Assembly (NCBI GenBank): GCA_038065915.1
Contig: JBBTPZ010000014.1
Coordinates: 1-40,131, forward strand
DNA length: 40,131 nucleotides
Direction of reading: 5' to 3'
Source: Patescibacteria group bacterium
Lineage (GTDB): Bacteria; Patescibacteriota; Minisyncoccia; Phycocordibacterales; 21-14-all-36-13
The notes below the pieces were generated by a model. It was not told the DNA's origin, searched no databases, and saw only the letters and a program-made list of their open reading frames with translations. The position numbers and the translations under genes were made by a program. Below are positions 25,053 through 33,422 of this stretch, one piece after another. The stretch's first letter is position 1. The number at the start of each line of letters is the position of its first letter.

Positions 25053-26150
25053 ATGAGTTTATCAATCGCAATTGTGGGCTTGCCCAATGTAGGAAAAAGC
25101 ACACTATTTAATGCGCTGACGAAAAAGTCTGTTCCGGCGGAGAATTATCCTTTCTGCACAATTGACCAATCCGTGGGGATTGTTCCTGTGCCAGACGAAC
25201 GAGTTGAGATATTAAATAAATTTTCAAATTCAAAAAAGAAAATTCCAGCCGTTGTGGAATTTGTTGATATTGCAGGTCTTGTAAAAGGAGCATCGGAGGG
25301 TGAAGGGCTTGGAAATCAATTTTTAGCAAACATAAGGGAAACGGATGCAATTGCAGAAGTTGTGAGAATATTCGAGGATAAAAACATAACGCACGTTCAT
25401 AATGAAATAGATCCGCTCAAAGATATTGAAATAATAAATTTGGAATTGATAATGTCGGATTTTCAAGTCGTTTCAAAAAGAATAAATACTATTGCAAAAG
25501 ATGTTAAAAAGGGAGACAAGAAAGCAATTTTTGAAGAGAGGGTTTTCAAAAAAGCGTATAAAATTTTGAATGAAGGAAAACTCGCATCAACGCTGGAATT
25601 AGAAAAAGAAGAGAAAGAAGTTTTAAAAAGTTTAAATCTTCTAACATCAAAAAAAATAATATACGTTTTAAATAAAAAAAGCGGTTGCAAAGATGTGTGT
25701 GAAATAAAAGACGAGAGATATAAAAAGTTGATGAAATTTTTTAAAGATACTTGTTCGGAGTTTGTTATTGTTGATGCTGGGATTGAAAATGAATTGAAGG
25801 ATTTAAGTGTTGAAGATGCAAAAGAATTTAGAAAGGAATTAAATGTTTTTGATGATGGAACGAATGAGCTTATAAAAAAGGGTTATTTAGCTTTGGATTT
25901 GATAACATTTTTGACAACAGGCGAAGATGAAACAAGAGCGTGGACGATTAAAAGAAATTCAAGCGCTCCAGAAGCCGGGATGGCTATCCATACTGATTTT
26001 AAAGAAAAATTTATTCGCGCGGAAATTATAAATTGGAAGGACTTGGTTGATGCTGGTTCTCATTCAAATGCGAAAGCAAAGGGTTTGGTTAGAACGGAGG
26101 GGAAGGGATATATCATAAAAGACGGAGACGTTGTGGAATTCAAGATTTGA
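25053..26150 (+). CDS. ychF: Ribosome-binding ATPase YchF (Obg-like GTPase family)
   Basis: IAIVGLPNVGKSTLFNALT, FVDIAGLVKGASEGEGLGNQFL and the C-terminal TGS-like GYIIKDGDVVEFK. Confidence 0.95.
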   Translation: MSLSIAIVGLPNVGKSTLFNALTKKSVPAENYPFCTIDQSVGIVPVPDERVEILNKFSNSKKKIPAVVEFVDIAGLVKGASEGEGLGNQFLANIRETDAIAEVVRIFEDKNITHVHNEIDPLKDIEIINLELIMSDFQVVSKRINTIAKDVKKGDKKAIFEERVFKKAYKILNEGKLASTLELEKEEKEVLKSLNLLTSKKIIYVLNKKSGCKDVCEIKDERYKKLMKFFKDTCSEFVIVDAGIENELKDLSVEDAKEFRKELNVFDDGTNELIKKGYLALDLITFLTTGEDETRAWTIKRNSSAPEAGMAIHTDFKEKFIRAEIINWKDLVDAGSHSNAKAKGLVRTEGKGYIIKDGDVVEFKI

Positions 26151-26162
26151 ATCGCAGATGAA

Positions 26163-26236
26163 CCCCGAAGAAAAGCAAGCTTCCTACGGGGCAGGCGCAG
26201 ATAAAAACCCGCAGATGTTCGCAGATAAAAAACAAG
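26163..26236 (+). repeat. Intergenic solo arm of the GCAGAT array, with a nested GC hairpin
   Basis: cgcagat occurs at 26163, 26206, 26220 and 26230. The spacing would be 10/14/10 if the 33-nt gaaccccgaag...cttcctacggggcagg insert after the first unit were removed. Confidence 0.75.
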
Positions 26237-26278
26237 AAAGCAAAAAAGCAAAAAAAACAAGAAAACAACAAAACAAGA

Positions 26279-26318
26279 AAACCACTTTCTAATTCGCGCG
26301 AATTAGAAAGTGGTTTTT
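26279..26318 (+). terminator. Rho-independent terminator of ychF
   Basis: aaaccactttctaattcgc/gcgaattagaaagtggttt is a perfect stem followed by a T-run. Confidence 0.85.
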
Positions 26319-26346
26319 AAGATAAATAAAGAATGTCTACAATTTT

Positions 26347-26406
26347 AAACTTCCAGCGGTGAAACCGCTGGAAGTTTCCACATCTACGCTATAGCGTAGA
26401 TGTGGA
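26347..26406 (+). other. Two abutting perfect 13-bp hairpins
   Basis: aaacttccagcgg tgaaa ccgctggaagttt (26347-26377) and tccacatctacgc tata gcgtagatgtgga (26377-26406). Confidence 0.6.
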
Positions 26407-26510
26407 AATATGTTTTATTTTTTGTCAAAATTAGTTTTTTAATTATTTTTTTGTTTTCGTGGTTTTATGTCCTCGTGGTTTTATGTCTTTTCTGCTACAA
26501 TATAAATATT

Positions 26511-27533
26511 ATGGAATCAAATAAACCAAAATTAAGCGTAGGTTTTTTCTTTTTGTGCTTGGGAATATTAATAACATTAATAACTTCTGTTACATCATTT
26601 CTAAATCTGGTTTTTGAAACGCTTAACAAACGATTTCCAGATGTTTTGAATGCGAGTTACCAGTATGGGTATTCTTTATATGAATATGAAGGCATTCGTA
26701 TAGCATTAGCAACACTTATTATATTTTTTCCAGTTTTTATTGTTGTTTCTTATTTTTGGAGAAAATATGCAAAAGGAATTATAGGTCACGCGGATGAGGT
26801 TATAAAAAAATGGGTGACGTATATTATATTATTTCTTTCCACGATAGTTATTATGGTGGATTTAGTTACACTCATAAGATATTTTATTTCCGGTGAGATA
26901 ACCACACGATTTATTTTGAAAGTAATAATTACACTTGTAGTCGCGGTCTTGGTTGGTGCTTATTACATCTTTTTACTTAGAGAAAAAGATTCTTCGTCTA
27001 AATCTAAAATCAGTTTGATTTTTGGTGTGATTGGAGCCGTTCTTGTAATTGGAGCAGTTGTTTTCAGTTTTATGATTATGGGCAGTCCAGCAAAACAAAG
27101 ATTGCTTAGATTAGATGATATGCGAATGGGTGATTTACAAAGTATTCAATATCAAGTAATAAATTATTGGCAACAAAAAGAAAAATTACCCGAAAAACTT
27201 TCTGACCTTTCTAATCCCATATCCGGATATTCATTGCCAGTTGACCCAGAGTTTGAAAAAGGAAATACATATGAATATTCTGTAAAAGATAAACTTAAAT
27301 TTGAGCTTTGTGCGACGTTTTCATTACCAATACCTCAAGGTTGGGTAGAATATTCTAACGGCGGAATAATTATGCCTACGATGAATTATTATGGTGGAAA
27401 AGACGTAGCAGTTTCGTCACGTCCGTATCCAGGTGGAGGAGTAAATGAGTCCTGGGATCATAAGGAAGGGCGAACCTGTTTTGAAAGAACGATAGACAAA
27501 GATTTATATCCACCATATCCAAAGCCACTTTAA
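26511..27533 (+). CDS. DUF5671-type polytopic membrane protein with a pilin-like extracellular C-terminal domain
   Basis: The ATG at 26511 (MESNKPKLSVGFFFL...) is preferred, because the track start at 26400 lies inside a hairpin. The C-terminal DDMRMGDLQSIQYQVINYW..KLPEKL...FELCATF pattern is seen in CPR pilin-like proteins (from memory). Confidence 0.6.
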   Translation: MESNKPKLSVGFFFLCLGILITLITSVTSFLNLVFETLNKRFPDVLNASYQYGYSLYEYEGIRIALATLIIFFPVFIVVSYFWRKYAKGIIGHADEVIKKWVTYIILFLSTIVIMVDLVTLIRYFISGEITTRFILKVIITLVVAVLVGAYYIFLLREKDSSSKSKISLIFGVIGAVLVIGAVVFSFMIMGSPAKQRLLRLDDMRMGDLQSIQYQVINYWQQKEKLPEKLSDLSNPISGYSLPVDPEFEKGNTYEYSVKDKLKFELCATFSLPIPQGWVEYSNGGIIMPTMNYYGGKDVAVSSRPYPGGGVNESWDHKEGRTCFERTIDKDLYPPYPKPL

Positions 27534-27556
27534 ATTTGATTTATTATAAAAAAATC

Positions 27557-27586
27557 GCACAGACATCATGAGATGTCTGTGCTTTT
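27557..27586 (+). terminator. Rho-independent terminator
   Basis: gcacagacatc atga gatgtctgtgc followed by tttt. Confidence 0.85.
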
Positions 27587-27756
27587 AATTTTACCTATCG
27601 CGTTTTTGATCTCTCTCCAATTAAGAACCGGGAGATGTTCGGCTCTTTTTATCTTGAAATGAACTCCCGTTAGGGTAATCTATAATTTATCATGTTTTTT
27701 TTAAAATACAAACCATATGATTTTTAAAAACATTTTGATAATGTATAATTACAAGA

Positions 27757-30700
27757 ATGAAAAAATACGACCATTTTAAAATTGAACAAAAATTCCAGAA
27801 AAAATGGGAAAAAGAAGGAATTTATAATACAAAAGAAGACAAAAGCAAACAAAAATATTATTGTCTTGTAGAGTTCCCATATGCATCAGGAGAAGGATTA
27901 CATGTTGGCCATGTTAGAAGTTATACAGCACTTGATATTGTCGCAAGAAAAAAAAGGATGGAAGGACTTAATGTTTTATATCCAATAGGTTGGGATGCGT
28001 TTGGTTTACCAACGGAAAATTATGCGATTAAGACAGGAGTAAATCCTAAAATAATAACTAAAAAAAATACAAATAATTTTAGAAAACAATTAAAATCACT
28101 TGGATTTTCATTTGATTGGTCTCGTGAAATTAATACTTCAAGTCCTGAATATTACAAATGGACTCAGTGGATATTTTTGCAGTTTTTTAAACATGGATTG
28201 GCATACAAAAAAAGAATGCCGATTAATTGGTGTTTGAGTTGTAAGATTGGTTTAGCAAATGAAGAAGTTGTTAATGGTGTTTGTGAAAGGTGTGGAGGAC
28301 AAGTTGAAAAAAGAGAAAAGGAACAATGGATGTTGGCAATCACAAAATATGCCGAAAGATTATATGATGATTTGGACAAGACAGAATTTTTGGAAAAAAT
28401 AAAAATTCAACAAAGAAATTGGATAGGAAAAAGTCACGGCGCACTCATTTCATTCGCGCTTGTAACTTCGCAGATTATTGCAGATAAAAAACTGCAGATA
28501 AACGCAGATGGAAAGATTGTTTTAATTACGAATGTTCAAGAGTTTAGAGAAAATGTAAATATTGATTCAAAATTAAAAATAGAAGGAAGAGAATTTTCTA
28601 TAAAAGAATTAATTAAGTTCAAACTAGATGACGGTTCTTTTTATCTGAAACTCTTTTTAAGCGGTGGGTATGTTTTGGCCGATGATTTAAATAGTAACTC
28701 TTTTATTTTAGTGAAAGAAAAGGATACAAATTTGAAAATAGAAGAAGATGATATAACTTTTGAAAATAAAAAATATAGTTTCAGTTATAAAGCTCATGCA
28801 ATTGCAGAAGAAGTTTTTGGTGAGGAGATATTCAAAAAAGGGGAGAGCGAGACATTCTGGGATTATACATCTGGCAATAATTATTTAAGTTTGGGTATAG
28901 TAGATAAAAATAAAAAAAGATTGGATTTTCTTGGGAAAACAATTAAAGCTGACAAAATTGAAGTAACAAATCTGCGTGAATCTGCATCCAATCTGCGTTC
29001 ATCCGCGACATTTACGAAAGTAAATGTTTTTACGACAAGACCGGACACACTTTTTGGTGCGACGTATTTAGTTTTAGCACCAGAACATGAATTGATTAGA
29101 AAATTTATTGAAAATAAAGAAATAGAAAATATAAAAGAAGTTGAAAAATATATTTCTGAAACTGCAAAAAAGAAAGATATAGACAGAACAGCTGAAGGCA
29201 AACAAAAAACGGGTGTTGAATTAAAGGGAATAAAAGCCACAAACCCCGTAAACAAAAAAGAAATTCCAATTTTCATAGCTGATTATGTTTTAGCCGGATA
29301 CGGGACTGGTGCAATAATGGCTGTGCCGGCACACGATGAACGCGATTATGCCTTTACATCGCAGATGAACGCAGATAAAAAAACGCAGATAGACGCAGAT
29401 AAAATTGAAATAATAAAAGTTATTGAAAGCAATGAAAATTTATACACAGGTTATGGGAAATTAATTAATTCAGGAAAATTTGATGGAATGGAAAGTAATG
29501 AAGCAATAAAGGAAATTACTAAATTTGTTGGTGGGGAATTGAAGACAGTTTATAGTTTGAGGGATTGGATATTTTCAAGACAGAGATATTGGGGAGAACC
29601 TATTCCACTCGTTTTTTGCAACGAGTGCAAAAAACGAGTGGAAAATTCCAAATTACAAATTCCAAATCACAAACAAGTTCCAAATTCAAAATCCAAAATT
29701 CAAAACCAAGAATTTAACGAAGGTGAGTTGTTAAATCCAGGATGGGTTGTTGATGAAAATCTCCCGCTTGAGCTTCCTGATGTAAAAAAGTATGAACCGA
29801 CTGATTCTGGAGAATCACCGCTTGCTTCAGTTGAAAAATGGGTAAATGTTAAATGTCCAAAATGTGGTGGCCCGGCAAAAAGAGAAACAGATACAATGCC
29901 GAACTGGGCTGGTTCTTCTTGGTATTGGTTGAGATATACTGACCCAGAAAATGATAAAGTTTTTGCTGATGAAAAGAAATTAAAATATTGGACTCCCGTT
30001 GATTGGTATAACGGAGGAATGGAACACACGACACTTCACTTGCTTTACTCTCGTTTTTGGCATAAGTTTCTTTTTGATATTGGTTTGGTTCCAACAGACG
30101 AACCATACATAAAGAGAACTTCCCACGGAATGATTCTTGGAGACGGAGGAGAAAAGATGTCAAAGTCCAGAGGAAATGTCATTAATCCCGATGACATAAT
30201 TGAAAGATTTGGAGCCGACTCATTTAGATTGTATGAAATGTTTTTAGGACCGTTTGACCAGCAAACAAGTTGGAATTCTGACGGAGTTGTTGGAACGAGA
30301 AGATTTGTTGAAAAAGTTTATGGTCTTTCCGAAAAAATAGTTGATAGTGAAAATGAAAGTGTAAATAATTTTTTAAACAAAACAATAAAGAAAGTTGGTG
30401 AAGATATTGAAAATATGAAATTTAATACGGCGATAAGTTCAATGATGATGTTTTTAAATTTTGTTTATGATGAAAATAAAATTAGCAAAGATAGTTATAA
30501 AAAATTTCTAAAAATTCTTTCGCCGTTTGCGCCACATGTGACAGAGGAATTGTGGTCAGAAACAGGGGAAAAAGAATCTATTCATAAAAGCAAGTGGCCT
30601 GAATATGATGAAATAAAAGAAAATGAAAATTTTACTATTGTTGTTCAGGTAGATGGAAAAATCAGAGATAAATTTATTGTAGCCAGCAATCTTAGTGAAA

Positions 30701-30816
30701 ATGAAATAAAGGACAAGGCCATTTCTTTGGAGGCGGTTTTAAGATGGGTGGGAGATAAAAAAATAAAAAAAACTATATATATAAAAGACAAGCTTGTAAA
30801 TATTGTTACAATTTAA
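27757..30816 (+). CDS. leuS: Leucine--tRNA ligase carrying several lineage-specific in-frame insertions
   Basis: HVGHVRSY (HIGH), NWIGKS, VFTTRPDTLFGATY, AVPAHDERDY, RQRYWGEPIP and KMSKSRGN. At 1019 aa it is much longer than typical bacterial LeuS. Confidence 0.95.
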   Translation: MKKYDHFKIEQKFQKKWEKEGIYNTKEDKSKQKYYCLVEFPYASGEGLHVGHVRSYTALDIVARKKRMEGLNVLYPIGWDAFGLPTENYAIKTGVNPKIITKKNTNNFRKQLKSLGFSFDWSREINTSSPEYYKWTQWIFLQFFKHGLAYKKRMPINWCLSCKIGLANEEVVNGVCERCGGQVEKREKEQWMLAITKYAERLYDDLDKTEFLEKIKIQQRNWIGKSHGALISFALVTSQIIADKKLQINADGKIVLITNVQEFRENVNIDSKLKIEGREFSIKELIKFKLDDGSFYLKLFLSGGYVLADDLNSNSFILVKEKDTNLKIEEDDITFENKKYSFSYKAHAIAEEVFGEEIFKKGESETFWDYTSGNNYLSLGIVDKNKKRLDFLGKTIKADKIEVTNLRESASNLRSSATFTKVNVFTTRPDTLFGATYLVLAPEHELIRKFIENKEIENIKEVEKYISETAKKKDIDRTAEGKQKTGVELKGIKATNPVNKKEIPIFIADYVLAGYGTGAIMAVPAHDERDYAFTSQMNADKKTQIDADKIEIIKVIESNENLYTGYGKLINSGKFDGMESNEAIKEITKFVGGELKTVYSLRDWIFSRQRYWGEPIPLVFCNECKKRVENSKLQIPNHKQVPNSKSKIQNQEFNEGELLNPGWVVDENLPLELPDVKKYEPTDSGESPLASVEKWVNVKCPKCGGPAKRETDTMPNWAGSSWYWLRYTDPENDKVFADEKKLKYWTPVDWYNGGMEHTTLHLLYSRFWHKFLFDIGLVPTDEPYIKRTSHGMILGDGGEKMSKSRGNVINPDDIIERFGADSFRLYEMFLGPFDQQTSWNSDGVVGTRRFVEKVYGLSEKIVDSENESVNNFLNKTIKKVGEDIENMKFNTAISSMMMFLNFVYDENKISKDSYKKFLKILSPFAPHVTEELWSETGEKESIHKSKWPEYDEIKENENFTIVVQVDGKIRDKFIVASNLSENEIKDKAISLEAVLRWVGDKKIKKTIYIKDKLVNIVTI
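28469..29007 (+). repeat. Composite in-frame insertion in leuS: inverted GCAGAT-array arms bracketing ~460 nt of extra coding sequence
   Basis: The left arm has (c/t)gcagat at 28469, 28479, 28493 and 28503. The right arm has atctgc(g/a) at 28970, 28980 and 28991, plus atccgcg at 29001. The cargo stays open in the leuS frame. Confidence 0.8.
29360..29400 (+). repeat. Solo GCAGAT-array arm in frame in leuS
   Basis: cgcagat at 29360, 29370, 29384 and 29394 (spacing 10/14/10), translated as SQMNADKKTQIDADK just after the AHDERDY motif. Confidence 0.8.
29646..29706 (+). repeat. 7-bp-periodic low-complexity tract (TNCAAAN)n inside leuS
   Basis: The units are ttccaaa ttacaaa ttccaaa tcacaaa caag ttccaaa ttcaaaa tccaaaa ttcaaaa. 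It is translated as NSKLQIPNHKQVPNSKSKIQNQ. Confidence 0.7.
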
Positions 30817-30973
30817 CATAATTGACATGATATTTGTCTATATGTATTCTATAAAGACAGATTTTATTACTAAACAGAGAAAAACAGACATCATTTTAAT
30901 AGTTTGACAGTAGGATATTTTTGTGATATCTTTAAAAACAATAATAATTTTATAAGTGCGTAAATTAAAAAAT

Positions 30974-32005
30974 ATGAATGTATTACAAATAAAACCGAAG
31001 CAAATAACAAAAAAATTGATGGAAACGCTACCAGAACGCGCCAGCACTGTTGTTATTAGTCGCTACGGATTGGGTTCAGATTCAAAAAGAATGACATTGG
31101 AAGCGATAGGACAAAATTATGGAATAACGAGAGAAAGAGTAAGACAAATAGAAAACTACGCTTTGAATAAGATTAAACAATCGGGTCTGATTGAAAAAGA
31201 AAGAAAAATTTTTGATGAACTTTTGTCCGCAATTGATTCACTCGGTGGTGTAGTACACGAAGGTCATCTTTTTGAGTATCTTTCAACAAAAGAAGATGAA
31301 AGAAATCATATTCATCTTTTGTTAGTTTTGGGAGATGAATTTACAAAAGAAAAAGAGGACGAACATTTTAGTCCAAGATGGTATATTGATAAATATTTGG
31401 CTGATAAGGTTCACGGCGCTTTGTTAAAACTTCGTGACGAAATTTCAGAAGATGATCTTATTTCTGAAGAACAAATATTAAAATCTTTTTCAAAACTTGT
31501 GAGTGATATTCCTAAAAAATATGTTTCAGACAATGAAACACTAAAAAGATGGTTGATGATTTCTAAAAACATAGGAAAAAATCAATTAGGAGAATGGGGT
31601 TTGTCATCATCTTCAAATATAAATGCAAAAGGAATGAGGGACTATGCTTATTTGATAATAAGACAACACGGTTCACCAATGCATTTTGCTGAAGTAACAA
31701 GAAAAATAGGCGAAATATTTAATAAAAAAGCGCATATTGCCACTTGTCATAATGAATTAATAAAAGACCCAAGGTTTGTACTTGTTGGCAGAGGATTGTA
31801 CGCATTAAAAGAATGGGGCTATATGGTTGGCGTTGTAAAAGATGTTATTCACCAAATGTTGGAGCAAAATGGTCCGATGACAAAAGATGAAATTATAGAA
31901 AATGTTTTGAAGGAAAGATATGTGAAAGAAAATACAATCATTGTTAATTTGCAAGATCCAAAATGTTTTAAGAAAACAAAAGATGGGAAATATATTTTAA
32001 TCTAA
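30974..32005 (+). CDS. Sigma-70 region-4 HTH fused to C-terminal HARE-HTH/winged-helix domains
   Basis: LPERASTVVISRYGLGSDSKRMTLEAIGQNYGITRERVRQIENYALNKIK is sigma region 4. The later ...HGSPMHFAEVTRKIGEIF...DPRFVLVGRGLYALKEWGY resembles the RpoE-delta/HARE-HTH pattern. The start is either the ATG at 30974 or the GTG at 30956. Confidence 0.65.
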   Translation: MNVLQIKPKQITKKLMETLPERASTVVISRYGLGSDSKRMTLEAIGQNYGITRERVRQIENYALNKIKQSGLIEKERKIFDELLSAIDSLGGVVHEGHLFEYLSTKEDERNHIHLLLVLGDEFTKEKEDEHFSPRWYIDKYLADKVHGALLKLRDEISEDDLISEEQILKSFSKLVSDIPKKYVSDNETLKRWLMISKNIGKNQLGEWGLSSSSNINAKGMRDYAYLIIRQHGSPMHFAEVTRKIGEIFNKKAHIATCHNELIKDPRFVLVGRGLYALKEWGYMVGVVKDVIHQMLEQNGPMTKDEIIENVLKERYVKENTIIVNLQDPKCFKKTKDGKYILI

Positions 32006-32047
32006 CTTCAAATCTGCTGAGAGCAGGTTTGAAAAAGTATCTTTAAA

Positions 32048-32070
32048 AGACCCCTCTCCGGGGTTTTTTT
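32048..32070 (+). terminator. Short GC hairpin plus T7 terminator
   Basis: agacccc tctc cggggttttttt. Confidence 0.55.
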
Positions 32071-32188
32071 AAGTAAGAGGTTTTAAAGTTAGAGATTTTC
32101 GAAAAACAAAAACATTAGAGGTTAAAAACCTCTTCCAGAGGTTTTTAACCCCTATCACAAATTTTTTTTTTATTATATTATATAAGTT

Positions 32189-33418
32189 ATGTTGTATTTA
32201 GTAATAGTGGAATTTTTTACTGATTTATTACCAAGAGTCATCAATGTTATTGTATTATTATCACCAACATGGGGAGTATTGTTTCTTGTAATAATTTTTT
32301 GGAATATGTGGTTGGCCTATGTGAGAGCGGATTTTTTATCTAAACAAGAATATATACTTCTTGAAATAGAATTACCGAAAGAACAATTCAAATCTCCATT
32401 GGCGATGGAATTAGTTTTAAATACACTAAATCAAACAGGAGGAGATGGAAATTTTATAGACAAATATATGAAAGGCAAAGTTAGACCTTGGTTTTCTTTG
32501 GAATTGGTCTCAATTGAAGGGAATTTTCATTTTTTTATTTGGACAAGAAAAAATTTTGTGGATTTAATTGAGTCCCAAATTTATTCACAATACCCGCAAT
32601 CTAAAGTACAAGAGGTTGAAGATTACACTAATTTTTTAAGATACTCCAAAGAATCTTTTTCTCTGTGGGGGTGTGAGTTTAAACTTACAAAAGCTGACCC
32701 ATACCCAATAAAAACATATATTGATTATGGTTTGGATAAAGACCCGAAAGAAGAACAAAAAATTGACCCAATTACACCGACAATAGAATTTTTGGGTTCT
32801 GTCGGTCAAAAAGAATATATTTGGATACAGATTTTGATTCGCGCGAACAAAAAAGAAAAAACAAAAAAAGGTTCATGGTTCAAAAAAACGGATTGGAGAG
32901 GGGAAGCGGAAGATTTAATCAATGATTTAATGAAACGCGACCCAAAAACGAAAGCTTCAGTTTCCGAAAAACACCCTAATCTTACAAAAGAAGAAAACGA
33001 TGTCATTTCTGCAATACAAAACGCTATTGCAAAACCAGGTTTTGATTGTGGCATAAGAGGGATTTATCTTGCAGAGTCCGATAAATTTAAACCGATAAAC
33101 ATAACTGGACTTACAGGAACATTTAAACAATATAGTTCTGCAAATTTAAACGGAATTGTACCAACCGGCGGTTTAACAATTTTTAATTATCCATGGCAAG
33201 ATTTTAAAGAAATAAGACAAAATAAAGTAAGAAAAGAACTTTTTGATTCTTATAGAAGAAGATCTTATTTTCATCCGCCGTATAAGAAAAAGGCCTTTGT
33301 TTTAAGCTCGGAGGAATTGGCAACAATATTTCATTTTCCGGGACAAGTTGTCCAAACCCCAACATTTAAGAGAATTGAATCAAATCGTTCAGAACCACCA
33401 ATGAACTTGCCGATTTAG
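32189..33418 (+). CDS. Membrane-anchored hypothetical protein (409 aa)
   Basis: An N-terminal TM pair, then YILLEIELPKEQFKSPLAMELVLNTL...SLELVSIEGNFHFFIWT. I have seen this pattern as the N-terminal module of CPR VirD4/TraG-like proteins (memory, unverified). No ATPase domain is present here. Confidence 0.5.
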   Translation: MLYLVIVEFFTDLLPRVINVIVLLSPTWGVLFLVIIFWNMWLAYVRADFLSKQEYILLEIELPKEQFKSPLAMELVLNTLNQTGGDGNFIDKYMKGKVRPWFSLELVSIEGNFHFFIWTRKNFVDLIESQIYSQYPQSKVQEVEDYTNFLRYSKESFSLWGCEFKLTKADPYPIKTYIDYGLDKDPKEEQKIDPITPTIEFLGSVGQKEYIWIQILIRANKKEKTKKGSWFKKTDWRGEAEDLINDLMKRDPKTKASVSEKHPNLTKEENDVISAIQNAIAKPGFDCGIRGIYLAESDKFKPINITGLTGTFKQYSSANLNGIVPTGGLTIFNYPWQDFKEIRQNKVRKELFDSYRRRSYFHPPYKKKAFVLSSEELATIFHFPGQVVQTPTFKRIESNRSEPPMNLPI

Positions 33419-33422
33419 AACT

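Noticed and set aside
26400-26510. N-terminal 37-codon extension of the DUF5671-type gene
   Set aside because: The ATG at 26400 lies inside the second perfect hairpin. The extension also covers the 15-bp direct repeats and a -10-like hexamer. The ATG at 26511 gives a normal N-terminus.
27587-27756. T-box leader upstream of leuS
   Set aside because: There is no AGAGA/GNUGGUA-type T-box sequence, specifier-loop architecture or terminator/antiterminator pair. There is only a short hairpin and a degenerate half-copy of the uORF element (atgaactcccgttag).
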